Source: Mobula hypostoma (lineage: Eukaryota). From it: DNA of 64,000 nucleotides. The stretch covers positions 23,562,001 to 23,626,000 of the forward strand of contig NC_086097.1 of assembly GCF_963921235.1 (NCBI RefSeq), written 5' to 3'. Position 1 is the stretch's first letter. Each line of letters begins with the position of its first letter. Shown in pieces: positions 49,981 through 62,958 of the stretch. A program made the position numbers and the translations under genes. The notes beneath the pieces were generated by a model, which ran no database searches, was not told the origin of the DNA, and worked only from the letters and a program-made list of their open reading frames with translations.

Positions 49981-50897
49981 CCAAGGGTTCAAAGTATATT
50001 TAATTTCATAGTAGTTTCTGTGTAAGTCACCACATACTACACTGAGATCCATTTGAACAAAGAAATACAACGGTCAGAATGAAAAAATACACAGAATGAA
50101 TCAATGTGCAAAAGAAGACACGCTGAGCAAACACACAAAGAGAAACAAATAATAACAATACATAAATAAGTAAGTAAATAATACTGAGAACATTAGTTGT
50201 AGAGTTCTTGGAAGTGAGTCCCCAGGTTGTGGAATCTGTTCAAAGTTGAGGTGAGTGAAATTATCCACTCTGGTTAAGGGGCCTGATTGTTGAAATGTAA
50301 TCACTGTTCCTGAACTTGGTGGTGTGAGAGCTAAGGCTTCTGTACCTCCTTCCTGATGTCTTATGCAACTTCAACATTTCATCCCATCTCCTGTACTCGT
50401 TGCCTTGATTTATGAAGGATATGTAATTTCACTAAGCATGTGCAATAAAGCATAAGAGAAACAGCTTTCCATCACATTAAACATGTTCCAGACACTTATT
50501 TATATGTTAATAAAAACAAAGAGGCACTGGAAAGTTTTCTTCTGTTATTTGTAATATGCAAAATGGCTATTAAAAATAAAACAAATTGTTTTGCACATAA
50601 CAATCGAAGGGGCCATTAAGTTAAAGCCACAGGAAATTCTCCCTGCTGCTTTTCTGTATCTGAAGTAACTGATGCCCAGACTGCAAGGAACAGAAGTAAT
50701 CCTGGAGTCTTGTTCTGTGAGATAGTCAATCATTCTCACAGACTGGGTTTCTTCTCATGGTAATATACAAAGAAACAAAAATATTCCCATCTCCATGGTG
50801 CATGTCCTTAGGTTCTTTCAAAATTCTTGCTGCAAGGAAGCATGTTAGATTTTTTTTTCACAAATCATTTGCAGGCAGTGAAGTGGGAGGCTGAAGT

Positions 50898-51610
50898 TGA
50901 AGGCAGAGTACAGGGTTAATGGCAGGATTTGTAGTTGTTTGGAGGAACAAGGATTTGGGGTCCACATCCATAGTTCTCTCAAAGTTGTCACGCAGTTTGA
51001 AAGGATGGTTAAGAAGGCGTATGGTGTGTTGGCCTTTATTAGTATGAGGATTGAGTTCACGAGCTGCAAGGTAGTGTTGCAGCTCTATAACACTCTGTTT
51101 AGACCACACTTAGACTATTGTGTTCAGTTCTGGTCGCCTCATTATATGAAGAGCTCTCTGTTGAAGCTTTTGGAAGGGTGGGGAGATTTACCAGGATGCT
51201 GTCTGGATTAGAGACCATGTCTTGTGAGGAAAGGTTGAATGAGCTAGGTTTTTCTCTTTGCAGTGAGGGAGAATGAGAGGTGATTTGATAGAGGTTTACA
51301 AGAGAATATGAGTGGACAGCCAGAAACTTTCTCCCAGAGCAGAAATGGCTAATACATAATTTTAATGCAATTGGAGGGAAATATACAGGGGATGCCATGG
51401 GAAGGCTTTTTTACACAGAGTGGTGGTTGCACAGAATGCATTAGCGGGGGTGGTCATAGAGCCAGATACATTGGGTACATTTGAGAGACTCTTAAATACG
51501 AATGATAGAAAAATGGAGGGCTATGTCGGAGGGATGGGATATCTTGGAGTAAGTTTAGAGGTCGGCACAATATCGTGGGCTAAAGGGCCCGTTCTATGCT
51601 CTATGATGTA
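50898..51610 (+). mobile_element. CR1 LINE 3' fragment
   Basis: VKKAYGVLAFISMRIEF...LQLYNTLFRPHLDYCVQFWSPHY. Confidence 0.88.
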
Positions 51611-52203
51611 GATATTGCTGGTAAGGTGGAGTGAATGAGACATGCGAAGTAAGTGAGATGCCCATACTCTGAGTGTGGTTATGATAAAGGAAAAGGGCCA
51701 CAGTTATGGGACAGGCTCATTATATATTTTTGCTTACCAAGCTTTAGGTCATTCTTCTGCTCTTATGCCCCTAGCTGCAATGCAAAAATAAATGCTGTGT
51801 TACAAGATATTACTCACAGAATATCTCACCTGGGTCTGGCTCTTGTACCAAACACATAGCCTCAGCTACCTCAATCAACAGTGGCTGAAAGTAGTTTCCA
51901 ACTTCCTCAGTAACATCTCCAAGAAGACTTCTTTCATTTATTTCCAGAAAATGTGGCAGTTTATGTCCCAATATTCATTAGAATTTTGCTGTCCTGAAAG
52001 GAAGGGAATCTTACACTGTTGCCTTTTCCTTCAATCTCTCAGATACATCTGACTTACAGAACATTTGTTTGATATCAGAGTCAGATTTATTATCACTTAC
52101 CATGACGTGAAATTTGATGCTTTGCAGCAGCAGTACAGTGCAATACAGAGGAAATTAGTGTAATTTATTACTTCTATACCTGGTTAATAGTTTTGTTGAA
52201 CAT

Positions 52204-52430
52204 GGGAAAATCTGCAGATGCTGGAAATCCAAATCAACACTCATAAAATGCTGGAGGAACTCAGCAGGTCAGGCAGCATCTACTGTATGTTTCGGTATTT
52301 CAGGCCGAGACCCTTCTTCAGGATTCAGGAAGGGTCTCAATGAGGGTCCTCAGCCCAAAACGTAGTCTTTATTCCTCTCCAGAGGTGCTGCCTGTTCTGC
52401 TGAGTTCCTCTGACATTTTGTGTGTTGCTA
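52204..52430. mobile_element. Back-to-back inverted Penelope pLTR pair
   Basis: gctggaggaactcagcaggtcaggcagc ... gctgcctgttctgctgagttcctc; rearranged hammerhead halves at the axis near 52300-52360. Confidence 0.78.
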
Positions 52431-53290
52431 ATAGTTCTTCAGCCTGGTTCAATATGCCTACAATCTGATGATATCATTGGAAGCAACCATCACATTTTCA
52501 TTCTATTGAATGTGACTGGGCTCAATAATCTAGAGGTAAGTTACTGCTGCTGTCTGTACTGTAAGTTACTGTGGTGGCTTGTGTCAGGTATTTACATCAT
52601 TGCAGTAAACACAGAACACTCGAGGAACTTAGCAGGACAGGCAACATCTGTGGAGGGAATTGAACAGATGACGTTTTGAGCTCAGACCCGTCTCTCTTTG
52701 CAAACTCCTCAACCAAATTAATAAAGGTGTTTTTAAACATGGAACATAGTGTATCTGTAGGTGTGCCTACCCTGTGATTCTAATGGATAATAGAGTTATG
52801 TAGTGGGCCTATTTCTCAAACAATGTGAAAGTCAACAGCATTAATTCTGCAGCAGTTTAATCGTAGAATATCAAAGGTTTCAAAGGTACATTTAATGTTA
52901 GAGAAATGTATACAATATACATCCTGAAATGCTTTTTCTTCGCAACCATCCATGAAAACAGAGGAGTGCCCTAAAGAATGAATGACAGCTAAATGTTAGA
53001 ACCCCAAAGTATCCCCCCCAGCTCCCTTCCCTCCTGTGCATAAGCAGCAGAGAGCAATGATCCCCCTCCCCCACCAGCAAAAGAAAGCATTGGCACCCCT
53101 CACCGAGCACTCAAGCATGCAGCAAAAGCAACAGTAAAGACACAGACTTGCAGTACTGCAAAGACTACAAACGTTTGTACATTGTTCACCCGGCATTCAA
53201 CATACCACAAGCTTTCTCTCTCTCCCTAACAAGGGAGAAGGAGATGTCTCTGTTTCACAGCGAGAAGGGAGACGTAACAAACAACTCAAC

Positions 53291-53476
53291 CAACACACAT
53301 CAAAGTTGCTGGTGAACGCAGCAGGCCAGGCAGCATCTCTAGGAAGAGCTACAGTCGACGTTTCAGGCCGAGACCCTTCGTCAGGACTAACTGAAGGAAG
53401 AGTGAGTAAGAGATTTGAAAGTGGGAGGGGGAGGGGGAGATCCAAAATGATAGGAGAAGACAGGAGGGGGAGGGAT
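53291..53476 (-). mobile_element. Young Penelope pLTR fragment (same subfamily as 24869 and 28209)
   Basis: Shares diagnostic cctggcctgctgcgttcaccagcaactttgatgtgtgttg. Confidence 0.85.
53353..53388 (-). ncRNA. Minimal type-I hammerhead ribozyme motif
   Basis: Reverse complement agtcctgacgaagggtctcggcctgaaacgtcgact, identical to 24869-24904. Confidence 0.8.
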
Positions 53477-53606
53477 CGTTTTCCCAGGGTAGAAATATCA
53501 GCTATAGAGGACAGATAGCTGGGAAAGGGAGGTTTAAAAGAGATGAAAGAGGCAGGTTTTTTAATGCAGAGTGGTAGGTGTCTGGAACAGTCTGCTCAGG
53601 ATAGCT

Positions 53607-53987
53607 CATTCAATCATTATGGACCATGTCATATAATGTGGGTGATCATTGTCTTTCTATGGCCTCAATTGTTCTTGGCAAATATTTCTACAGAAGTGGT
53701 TTGCCATTGCCTTCTTCTGACCAGAGTCTTTACAGGACGGCTGACCCCAGTGATTATCATTACTCTTCAGAGTTTGTCTGCCTGGCATCAGCGGTCACAT
53801 AAGCAGGACTTGTGATGTGCACCAGCTGCTCGTGTGACCATCCACCACCTGCTCCCATGGCTTCACGTGACCCTGATCCGGGGGTTAAGCGGGTGCTACA
53901 CCTTACCCAAGGATGACCTGCAGGCTAGTGGAGGGAAGGAGCACCTCAAACCTCCTTTGGTAGAAATGTATCTGCACCCTGACACCC
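53607..53987 (-). mobile_element. RTE-related short retroposon (SINE-like), inserted in a CR1 tail
   Basis: Contains gaaggcaatggcaaaccac (RTE/BovB-type motif); reverse homolog of 61875-62254. Confidence 0.72.
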
Positions 53988-54157
53988 AGCTTAGGGAAGC
54001 AAGTATCACAGTGGGGTTTAAGAGGCATTTAAATGCACAATATGCATTGAATCCTGTTTATATGTCTATATGGATCCTGTTCAGGCAGAAGAGATTTAGT
54101 CTAGTTTGGCATTAGGTTCAGCACAGATATTGTGAGCCAAAGGGCCTATTCCTTTGC

Positions 54158-54292
54158 CAGCCCAGACGAAGGATCTCGGCCCTAAATATCAGCTCTTTAC
54201 TCCTCTCCATAGGTGTTGCCGGACCTGTTAAATTCCTCCAGCATTTTGTGTGTGTTGCTTTGGTTTTCCAACATCTGCAGAATCTCTTGTGT
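54158..54292 (+). mobile_element. 135-bp Penelope-derived insertion with 12-bp TSD
   Basis: ctattcctttgc (54146-54157) / ctaatcctttgc (54293-54304); starts at degenerate hammerhead cagcccagacgaaggatctcggcct. Confidence 0.78.
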
Positions 54293-54419
54293 CTAATCCT
54301 TTGCTGTACTGTTCTGAGTTCTATGTAAGACTGCACACTCACATAATAAAATTAAAACCTGCTGCAGACTTAACTGTTTGAAAAATAACTACAGTATATA
54401 GATCTACTTACCATTAGAA

Positions 54420-54500
54420 CAGGAGTTCCCCACCTTATTTTACGCCATGTAACCGTACCATTAACTAAGGGCTCCATGGACCCCAGACTGGGAACCTCGG
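54420..54500. mobile_element. 81-bp hAT-Charlie MITE with perfect 8-bp TSD
   Basis: cattagaa at 54412-54419 and 54501-54508; TIR caggagttcccca / tgggaacctcgg. Confidence 0.88.
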
Positions 54501-54849
54501 CATTAGAATCACAGTGCAAGCACACCTAGTCTTCCATGATTAAAAACACGTTATATATTTGGCTACTGAGTTTGCCAAGAAAGTCCCCTTACTCTACCCT
54601 TGTCAGCGGCTGCATTGATTTGTTGGGTTTGGTAGGAGCCAGCATTTTGTACTTCTTCATTTAATCATCATAATTTAGATAAAGGCTTACAAGATAAACT
54701 CATTACATTGGTGATTGTCTGGAAAGACTTACTGAACTGGCCATCAAGGAAATATCATGAGAGGAAAAAATCCATTTGTTTGTTATAGCTGTGTGACCTT
54801 GATTTGACGTGCCTTCAGTTTGCTTTAAGCCTGAGTGATACCCAAAAAG

Positions 54850-54859
54850 CCATCAATCA
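54850..54859 (-). promoter_or_regulatory. PBX-HOX site TGATTGATGG in a TE-free island
   Basis: Exact motif (ccatcaatca on +); function not shown. Confidence 0.3.
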
Positions 54860-55281
54860 TGTTGTGTTTGCAGTTTGAATTTACAGTATAAATGAACATA
54901 AAATCCAACAATCAATATGGTGCTTTCTTCCCTATGAATTGTTTGGCTTTCCCTGATTACCTCTCGTGCATGGCTTTTATGGGTTTTACTGTGCTGATGG
55001 ATAGTCTCAGTAGAAGGTCTTTCAAATGGAAATTTACTGATTCAGAGGCAGGTTTATGCAGGGAGATCTTCTTGAGGATAATGAAGGAAGACTTTAGTGT
55101 AAAAGGAGAAAGAATTGGGAATAATGTGGGTTCTGATGTGTCGGTGGCTGACAATGTAATTGTCCTGAAGCTGCAGCCCTGACTGCATTGATTGAGAAAT
55201 TGTTCCCCTCTGGCAGTTGCTTCCTGAGCTATTCAGGTTTGGTTTGTCTAGTTACTTCTGAAAGATTTACGCTAACTGAAG

Positions 55282-57975
55282 AACTGTGTGATCAGGAGCT
55301 GCTGCTCCCTGGAGACCGTGTTAAGGAATTGGAGCTGCAGCTGGATGACCTGCGGCTCATACGGAAAACAATGTGATAGGTAGAAGCAACAGGGAGGTAG
55401 TCACCCCTAAATTGCGGGAGGCGGGTACCTGGGTGACTGTCAGGGGGGGCAAAGCGAATAGGCAGCTCATGCAGATTACCCTTATGGCCCTTCCCTCAAT
55501 AATAAGAGTACAGCTTTGGATACCGTTGGGGGTGGGGGGAGACAACCTACCAGGGGGAAGCTGCAGTGCCCTGACCTCTGACACTGAGTGTGTCTCTGTG
55601 GCTCAGAAGGGAAGGGGAAGAGGAGTACAGTCGTGATAGGGGATTCTCTAATTAGAGGAGCAGAAAACGGATTCTGTCATTGAGAACGAGACATCCGGAT
55701 AGTATGTTGCCTCGCGGGTACCAGGGTCAGAGATATCTTGAATAGGGTCTACAGCAGGATGAACAGCTGGAAGTCATGGTACCAACAATGTAGGTAGGAA
55801 AAGGGAGGAGGTACTGAAGAGAAAAGATAGGGAGTTTGGTAAAAAGCTGAATCACAAAACCTCCAGGATAGTAATCCCATGTACCAGTGAGAATAGGATG
55901 ATTTGGCAAGTGAAGGAGTGGCTGAGGGATTGGGGCAGGGGGCAATGTTTCAGATTTCTGGATTACTGGGCTCTCCTTACAGCTCACACAAACCTACCTG
56001 CAAGGACCCTGTTGGGAAGGTTTAAGCTAATTTGGCAGGGGTATAGGAACCAGTGTGATGAGGCTGAGGATGGGGCAGTTGGTATACAACTAGATACAGA
56101 CTGCAGTGAGACTGTGAGGAAGGACATGCAAAAGATAGGACAAAATTGTAGTCAGTGGGATGAGTGAAAGTGTAACAGGAGACCAAAATTGATAAGGGTG
56201 ATGAATACAGGACTGAAGGTATTATATTTGAATGCACACTGTATATGGATTAACCTTATACACTTTATAAGGTAGATTATCTTGTAGCGTAGATAGAGAT
56301 TGGCTGATATAATGTTGTAAGCATCACTGAGTCATGGCTGAAAGAAGATCATAGTTGGGAGCTTAACATTCAAGGATACATATTGTATTGAAAGGACAGG
56401 AAGGTAGGCAGAGAGCATGAGGTGGCTCTGCTGGTAAAATATGAAATCAAATCTTAGAAAGAGGTGATATACTATAGGATCAGACGATATAGAATCCTTG
56501 TAGGTAGAGTTAAAAAAAAATGCAAAGGTAAAAATGGGCATGATATACAGACCTCCAAACTGTAGCCAGGATGTGGCCCACAAGTTCCAACTGGAGATAG
56601 AAAAGGTATGTAATGAAGACAAAGTTGTGATTGTCATGGGGGATTTCAATATGCAGATGGATTGGGAAAATCAGGCTGGTGCTGTATCCTAAGAATGCCT
56701 GCAAGATAGCTTTTTAGAGCAGCTTGTGGTTGAACCCACTAGGAGAATGGTAATTCCCGATTGGGTGTTGTGTGATGACCTAGATTTGATTTGAGAGCTG
56801 AAGATAAATGAATCCTTTGGGGGCAGTGATCATGATATGACAAAATTCACCCTGCAGTTTGAGAAGGAGATGATAAATTGGATGTATCAGTATTACAGTG
56901 GGGTAAAAGGGAATTACAAAGTATGAGAGAGGATCTGGCCAAAGTTGATTGGAAGGGGATACTATCAGGGATGATGGCAGAGTAGTAATGGCTGATGTTT
57001 CTAGGAGCAATTCAAGGAAAGATATATCCCAAAGAGGCAGAAGTATTCTAAATTAAGGATGAAGTAATTGTGATGAAAAAGGGGAGTCAAAGACAGCATA
57101 AAAGCAAAACACAGGGCATATAATACAGCCAAAGTTAGGAGGATGTTAGAGGATTGGAAACTTTTAAAAACCAACAGAAGGCAATTAAAAAAGCCATAAA
57201 GAGAAAAAAGGTAAGCTAGCCAGTAATATAAAAACAGATGCAAAAGTTTTTTTTGCCAGATAGATATAAATAATAAAAGAAAGACGAGAGTGGATATTGG
57301 ATTGCTGAAAAATAACGCTGGAGTGGAAGTAATGGCAAATCAAATTTATAAGTATTTTTCATCAGTCTTCGCTGTGGAAGACAGTAGCAGTATGCCAGAA
57401 ATGCGAGATTGTCAGGGGAAGAAGTGAGTGACATGCTGTTACTAATGAGAAAGTGCTTGGGAAACTGAAAAATCTGAAGGCCGATGAGTCACCCGGCCCA
57501 GATGGACTATACTCCAGTGTTCTGAAAGAGGTAGCTAACAAGGTTGTGGTGGCACCAGTAATGATCATTCAAGAATCACTGGATTCTGGAATGGTTCTGA
57601 AGGACTGAAAATTTTCAAGTGTTACTCCACTCTTTAAGAAAGGAGGAAGGCTGAAGATTGAAAATGATAGGCCAGTTAGCTTGACTTCTGTGGCTGGTGT
57701 CTATTATTAAAGATGAGGGTTTGGGGTACTAGAAGGGACAGGACAAAATAGGCCAAAGTCAGGATGGTTTCCTTAGAGGGAAATCTTGCCAGACAATTTC
57801 CAACATTGTCACATATGGCTGTGCAGGCCAAGTCATTGGGGTATGTTGAAGGCAGAGCTTGAGAGGTTCTTGATTAAATAGGGTGTCAAAGGTTATGGGG
57901 AGAAGGTTATGGTTGAGAGAGTTAATAAATCAGCCATGACGGAATGGCGGAGCAAGGACGATGGGCTGAATGGGA
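55282..57975 (+). mobile_element. Long decayed CR1 LINE: ORF1 (esterase-like), ORF2 endonuclease and RT start, deletion to 3' tail
   Basis: DRVKELELQLDDLR coiled coil; VIGDS esterase block at 55633; KVLYLNA, VMGDFN and GGSDH endonuclease motifs; KSPGPDG and QDGFLRGKSC; jumps to the 3' UTR near 57800. Confidence 0.9.
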
Positions 57976-58728
57976 TAAACTGCCATTCGTGCCTAAATGC
58001 CTTCATTCTAATGATGATGACGGGAAGATAGTCAATTCTCACAGTGCTTTTAATAAAAGAAAAAGATGATAAACCTATGGCACATGGGCCCAAAACTGTT
58101 GGCACGTGGTATGCAATGCCATCCTTTGATTCATTAAACCTCACCCATAATAAAAAGATACATAATGGCTGTCCATATTGCAAAATGAAGCATCAAATAA
58201 CGTTGTTTACGACTCGAGAGTTTTCACATGAAACATCTCGTGCCAGCTTGGCACCAGCTAGATAGTTGTGAGGACGTCTTGAAAGTTACATTTCAACTGT
58301 CATTATAAAACTTCCTAATTATTAGGAAGTTTTCAAAACTGCTTCATTTATTTCCATTTGTCTTTGTTATACATTTATTAATAGGAAAGCAATGAATACA
58401 AGAAAATAAGCAACAGTACTTATCCCTTTTCCCTCAATGAAGTCCATAATCGTTGTTATTAGTTCATTCATCAATGATAATGTCTGCTCAAAATTGCCAG
58501 GCATGCATTTTTTTTTAGATTATTACCATTTTTTTAAGATTAGTTTTACTTGGCACCTCTTAGCAGACTCATCTGACCTGTTGGGTTTGACCAGCACTTT
58601 GTAATGATTTTATGCCCAATAGGACATCATGGATCTCAGCTCTTAAAGGGAGTGCATTGTGGAATTTGTGGTGTGCCCTTCAATCCAAACAGTGAGAGAT
58701 GTTGGAAAAATTGCCATTTATGGGGTGA

Positions 58729-58738
58729 TGATTGATGG
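58729..58738 (+). promoter_or_regulatory. PBX-HOX site TGATTGATGG in a TE-poor island
   Basis: Exact motif next to ccatttatgg; function not shown. Confidence 0.3.
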
Positions 58739-59404
58739 CCTGATAGACTTCACGACATCCCTGTGAAGCATGAACACATAACCAGAAACGTTCATGACCC
58801 CCACTATATTTTCATCATTGTGGTGATCTCTGCCCCTGTTAATTTGTTTGGGCCTTTCTCTTGCACAATCCGGAACAGCAGTAATAAATGCCAGTGCTGG
58901 TGATGGGAAAAGTATAATCAGGAGGACTTTAATGGACTTTAATTCTAGAATATGCCCATAAATGGAAAGGTGATAACCTATTCATTTCAGACCACGCTAA
59001 ACCAGAGTCTGAATTAACATATCGGCCAGAAAGGGTGAATATAACAGAAGTTCTTTCCTGAAATATGTTAGTGAACTAATGGGGTTTTATGATAAACCCA
59101 GTTGCCTCTGGTGCTCCAGCTTCCTCCCACAGTCCAAAGACAGACCAGTTAGTAAGTTAGTTGGCCAATGTAATCGTTCAGTGATTAGGCTCGTGTGGCT
59201 GACTAGGCCAGAAGGGCCTACTCTGCTCTGTACCTCTAAGTGAAAAAATAAAACATTTTATTCCTGATTAATTCCACAGCTGTTATGGGATTAGGGCTCA
59301 AAGCTCCATGTTAAATGTCATAGACTCTGACTGCTGTTCCAGTGACTTAACCAACCTATGGCCCTATGTGGTGACAGGTAAGGATCAGAGGTAAGCTGCA
59401 TAGT

Positions 59405-59725
59405 TATGGTGGATAGTCACAGCCTTTCTCTCAGGGGAGTTTAAAACTGGAGGACATGGTGAGAGGGGAAAGATTTAAGGAGATCCTGAGGGGCAAGGTT
59501 TTCAATCAGAGTGTGGTGGGTACCTGGAATGAGTTGACAAAAGAAGAGATAGATCAGGTATAGTCAGAATATTTTAGAGGCATTCGGACAGGGTCATGGA
59601 TCAGGAAGGTTGAGTGAGATACGGGCCTAATTCTGTCAAATGGGACTAAATCAGGGTGAATTGTTCCACATGGATGAGTTCGACTGTAGGGCCTTGCACC
59701 ATGCTGTAAAAGTGTATGACTCTAT
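59405..59725 (+). mobile_element. CR1 LINE 3' fragment (old)
   Basis: gagaggggaaagatttaagg...gtggtgggtacctggaatgagttg; tail tatgactctatga. Confidence 0.7.
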
Positions 59726-59930
59726 GATAAATATTCCCTTCACCTCCGCAGAAGAGTGACATTGGATCTTTTACATTGACCTGAAAGGGCTGAAAGACCT
59801 CACTTTGACATTTACCTCAAAGATGCCATCTGTAGTTTCTGTCAGTCTTGATGTTTAGAATTCTAGCCTCATCGCTGTGGGTGAATCAATCTGGATTTTG
59901 TGGAATTCAAAACCATGACCTTTTGATTGA
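59726..59930 (-). mobile_element. Old Deu-domain SINE relic
   Basis: ggatcttttacattgacctgaaagggc...acctcactttgacatt...aaagatgccatct matches the reverse Deu domain. Confidence 0.5.
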
Positions 59931-61154
59931 AAAGTGAAAGTTGTTATTCAAAGTCTCTTTCTTCTTACTTGTTGGTATGATGATGTTTCTTTTTTGCTGT
60001 CAGGCAGATGGCAGAAGCTTGTAAACAGGCTTGCATATTGGCTCATGGTACTGGTGTATGGTGCACAATGGTGCAGTCGCACTTTTACACTTGGAAATGA
60101 TTCATTCCCTATGGCAAGCTTTATTCAAGCAACAGAGGACAGTCTAAAGTGCATAACTGAATCTGTATGGTGCAAACTGCCGTGGTCCAACTGCCAATAT
60201 CGGATCAAGTTCTAATTCAAGTTTATTGTCATTCAACCTCTTACATGTGTGCTGCCAAATGAAACAAAGTTCCTCTGGATCGAAGTGCACAGTGCAGGAA
60301 CTCACACATAGCATATGAAGGTAATATTATCACAAGTAAATTAATAAATAACAAATGTGTTTACGATAAAAGTCAGAAGGTAAACAGTATAATGCTACTG
60401 GCACTTCATAGATGATGAGACCTGGGCAGTGGCGGTGAGTTCAGTAGTCTCATGGCCTGGGGGAAGAGGTTATGTCCCATCCATCCATATAATGTTTAGG
60501 AGGAAAATACTAGCAACTTTAGATCTGCTGTAGGGGAAATTGATGCATTTGGTAAATGAAAGGGATAGTAACAGACTTTTATTTATGATAGTACCATTCA
60601 CAACTTCGGAGGGTGGCTGACTGGTTTGCACTAGATCAAACTTAAAATCAGGTCCAGAGTGCGAACCATGCTTACAGTGCTAGTGTGGTAGAGAGTAAAC
60701 AATGCACTATAGGAGATGTTGTCTTTTGTGTTGTGAGCTCCTTCCTGTTCTTTTCATTGAAGCAAATAGATCACTTAGCTCTCTCATTACTCATGGGATG
60801 TAGGCTTTATTGATAAGCTAGCATTTATTGTAAACACAAAGCATTTATTGACTGTGCCTGACTGTCCTACCAATAATCAATACCTTTCAACATCACCTTT
60901 TGTCTTTAATTAAAATAGAATTTACAATAAACATCATGCCTTGGACTCTAAAGAGATAACATAAATTTGTGTACCACAAGCGTAAGAGGTTCTGTAGATG
61001 CTGGAAATCTTGAGCAGAACGCACACATAGATGCTACCTGAACTGCTGAGATCTTCCAGAGGTTTGTTTCTGTTGCTCATTAATTTTGAGCCATTCCCTT
61101 GGGGAATATTGATTGGAGTATGATGGAGAGTTGATGATCTGATTTGAGGACTTA

Positions 61155-61570
61155 TTTGGTTCTGGGTTTGTACTCACTGGAATTTAGAAGGATGAGAGGG
61201 GATCACATTGAAACCTTTTGAATGTGGAAAGGATGTTTCCCATGGTGGGGGAGTCAATGACAAGAGGGCACAGCCTTAGAATAGAGGGGAGTCCATTCAA
61301 AACAGAGATGCGGAGAAATTGCTTTAGCCAACGGGTGGTGAATTTGTGGAATTTGTTCCCACATGTGGCTGTGGAGGCCAGGTCGTTGGATATATTTAAG
61401 GCGGAGGTTGATAGGTTCTTGATTGGACATGGAATCAAAGGTTACGGGGAGAAGGCCGGGAAATGGGGTTGAGAAGGACGGAAAAACAGGATCAGTCATG
61501 ATTGAATGGCGGAGCAGACTTTATGGGCCAAATGGCCTAATTCTGCTCCTATGTCTTATGATCTTATGGT
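61155..61570 (+). mobile_element. CR1 LINE 3' fragment
   Basis: VERMFPMVGESMTRGHSLRIEGSPFKTEMRRNCFSQRVVNLWN; cttatg tail. Confidence 0.9.
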
Positions 61571-61874
61571 TTTATTTCATTAATGCTAACCAACTTGACT
61601 GGTGCAATCTTCCAGAGCGTTAAATGTTTGAAAAGGTGCAATATTTAAGAGTAAACTGAGGGGGAACCTCTTCGCTCTGGGGGTGATGAGAGTGTGAAAC
61701 AAGCTGCCAGTGCAAGTGATAGATGTGAATTTGATTTCAACATTTAAAACTTTGGTTAAGTACATGGATGGGAAGGGTTGGAGGGCTATGGGCTGATAGG
61801 ACTAGGCAGGACAACAGTTTAGCACAGACTAAATGGGCCAAAGATCTTGATTCTGTGCTGTAGAATTCATGTAT

Positions 61875-62254
61875 CTCAGGATGGAGATACAGGTATGTCT
61901 CTACCAAAGGAGGTGTAAGGCGCTCCTTTTCTCTGCTAATCTGCAGTCACTCTTGGGCAAGGTGTAGCACCTGCTTAAGCCCCTGATCAGGGTCATGCGA
62001 AGCCATGGAAGCAGGTGGTGGATGGTCGTATGAGGAGCGGGTGCACATCACAATTCCTGGTTATGCAACCACTGACGCCAGACAGACAATCTCTGAAGAA
62101 TATTGATAATGGCTGGGGTTACCCGTCTTGTAAAGACACTGCCCAGAAGAAGGCAATGGCAAACCACTCCTGTAGAAAAAATTGCCAGGAACAATCATGG
62201 TCATGGAAAGATGATGACTGTACACTTCATACGACTTGGCATATAATGAATGAA
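61875..62254 (+). mobile_element. RTE-related short retroposon (SINE-like)
   Basis: gaagaaggcaatggcaaaccact motif; aatgaatgaa tail; second copy at 53607-53987. Confidence 0.75.
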
Positions 62255-62958
62255 GTATTATATGACTCAATATTAACGAATGTTCTGGGTCCAAATATTC
62301 CTGCACTACATGACCAATTTTATTTTGAAGATTTTTAATTTTTTTATGTCAGTATGAGATTTCATTATACAGTCTTTTTACTACATAGTCTTAACCTTGC
62401 CTTACCTCCAGGCAACAAAGCATTGCTTTGGGCTGCGTATGTTAATGCATTCTGCTTTGATTCAAGATTCTGCATTGGCAACCTTGTGGTCAAGAGGAGG
62501 TATCTACTAGGATACTTGGTTTTCATAGTGAGAGCAATGTGGAGTGAGTGGCAGAATTGTTCAAACACCTCACACTGAAGAAGATCACAATTATGCTTTG
62601 ACATTTCCTATCCTTACTTTGGTTCATAGTGAGAGGCAGCTGGATGGAAGACAGAAACAGAAGAAAATAGGAGCAGGGGGAGACCACCAGACCCCTTAAG
62701 ACTGTCCCACCATTCAAAGTACAAAAGTTCAAAGTTCACATTAAATTTATTATCAAAGTACATATATGTCACCACATGCTATCCTTCGATTCACTTTTTG
62801 CAGGATTCAGAGTAGAACAGAGAAATACAATAAAATCAATGAAAAACTATACAAAGACTGACAAGTAACCAATGTACAAAACAAGATGAACTGTGGAATG
62901 AATGAATAGATACATAAATAAATAATACTGAGAACATGACTTGGGGGAGTAGTCCATA

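Noticed and set aside
54892..55182. 96-aa ORF in unique sequence
   Set aside because: No recognisable protein; the region looks more like regulatory DNA.
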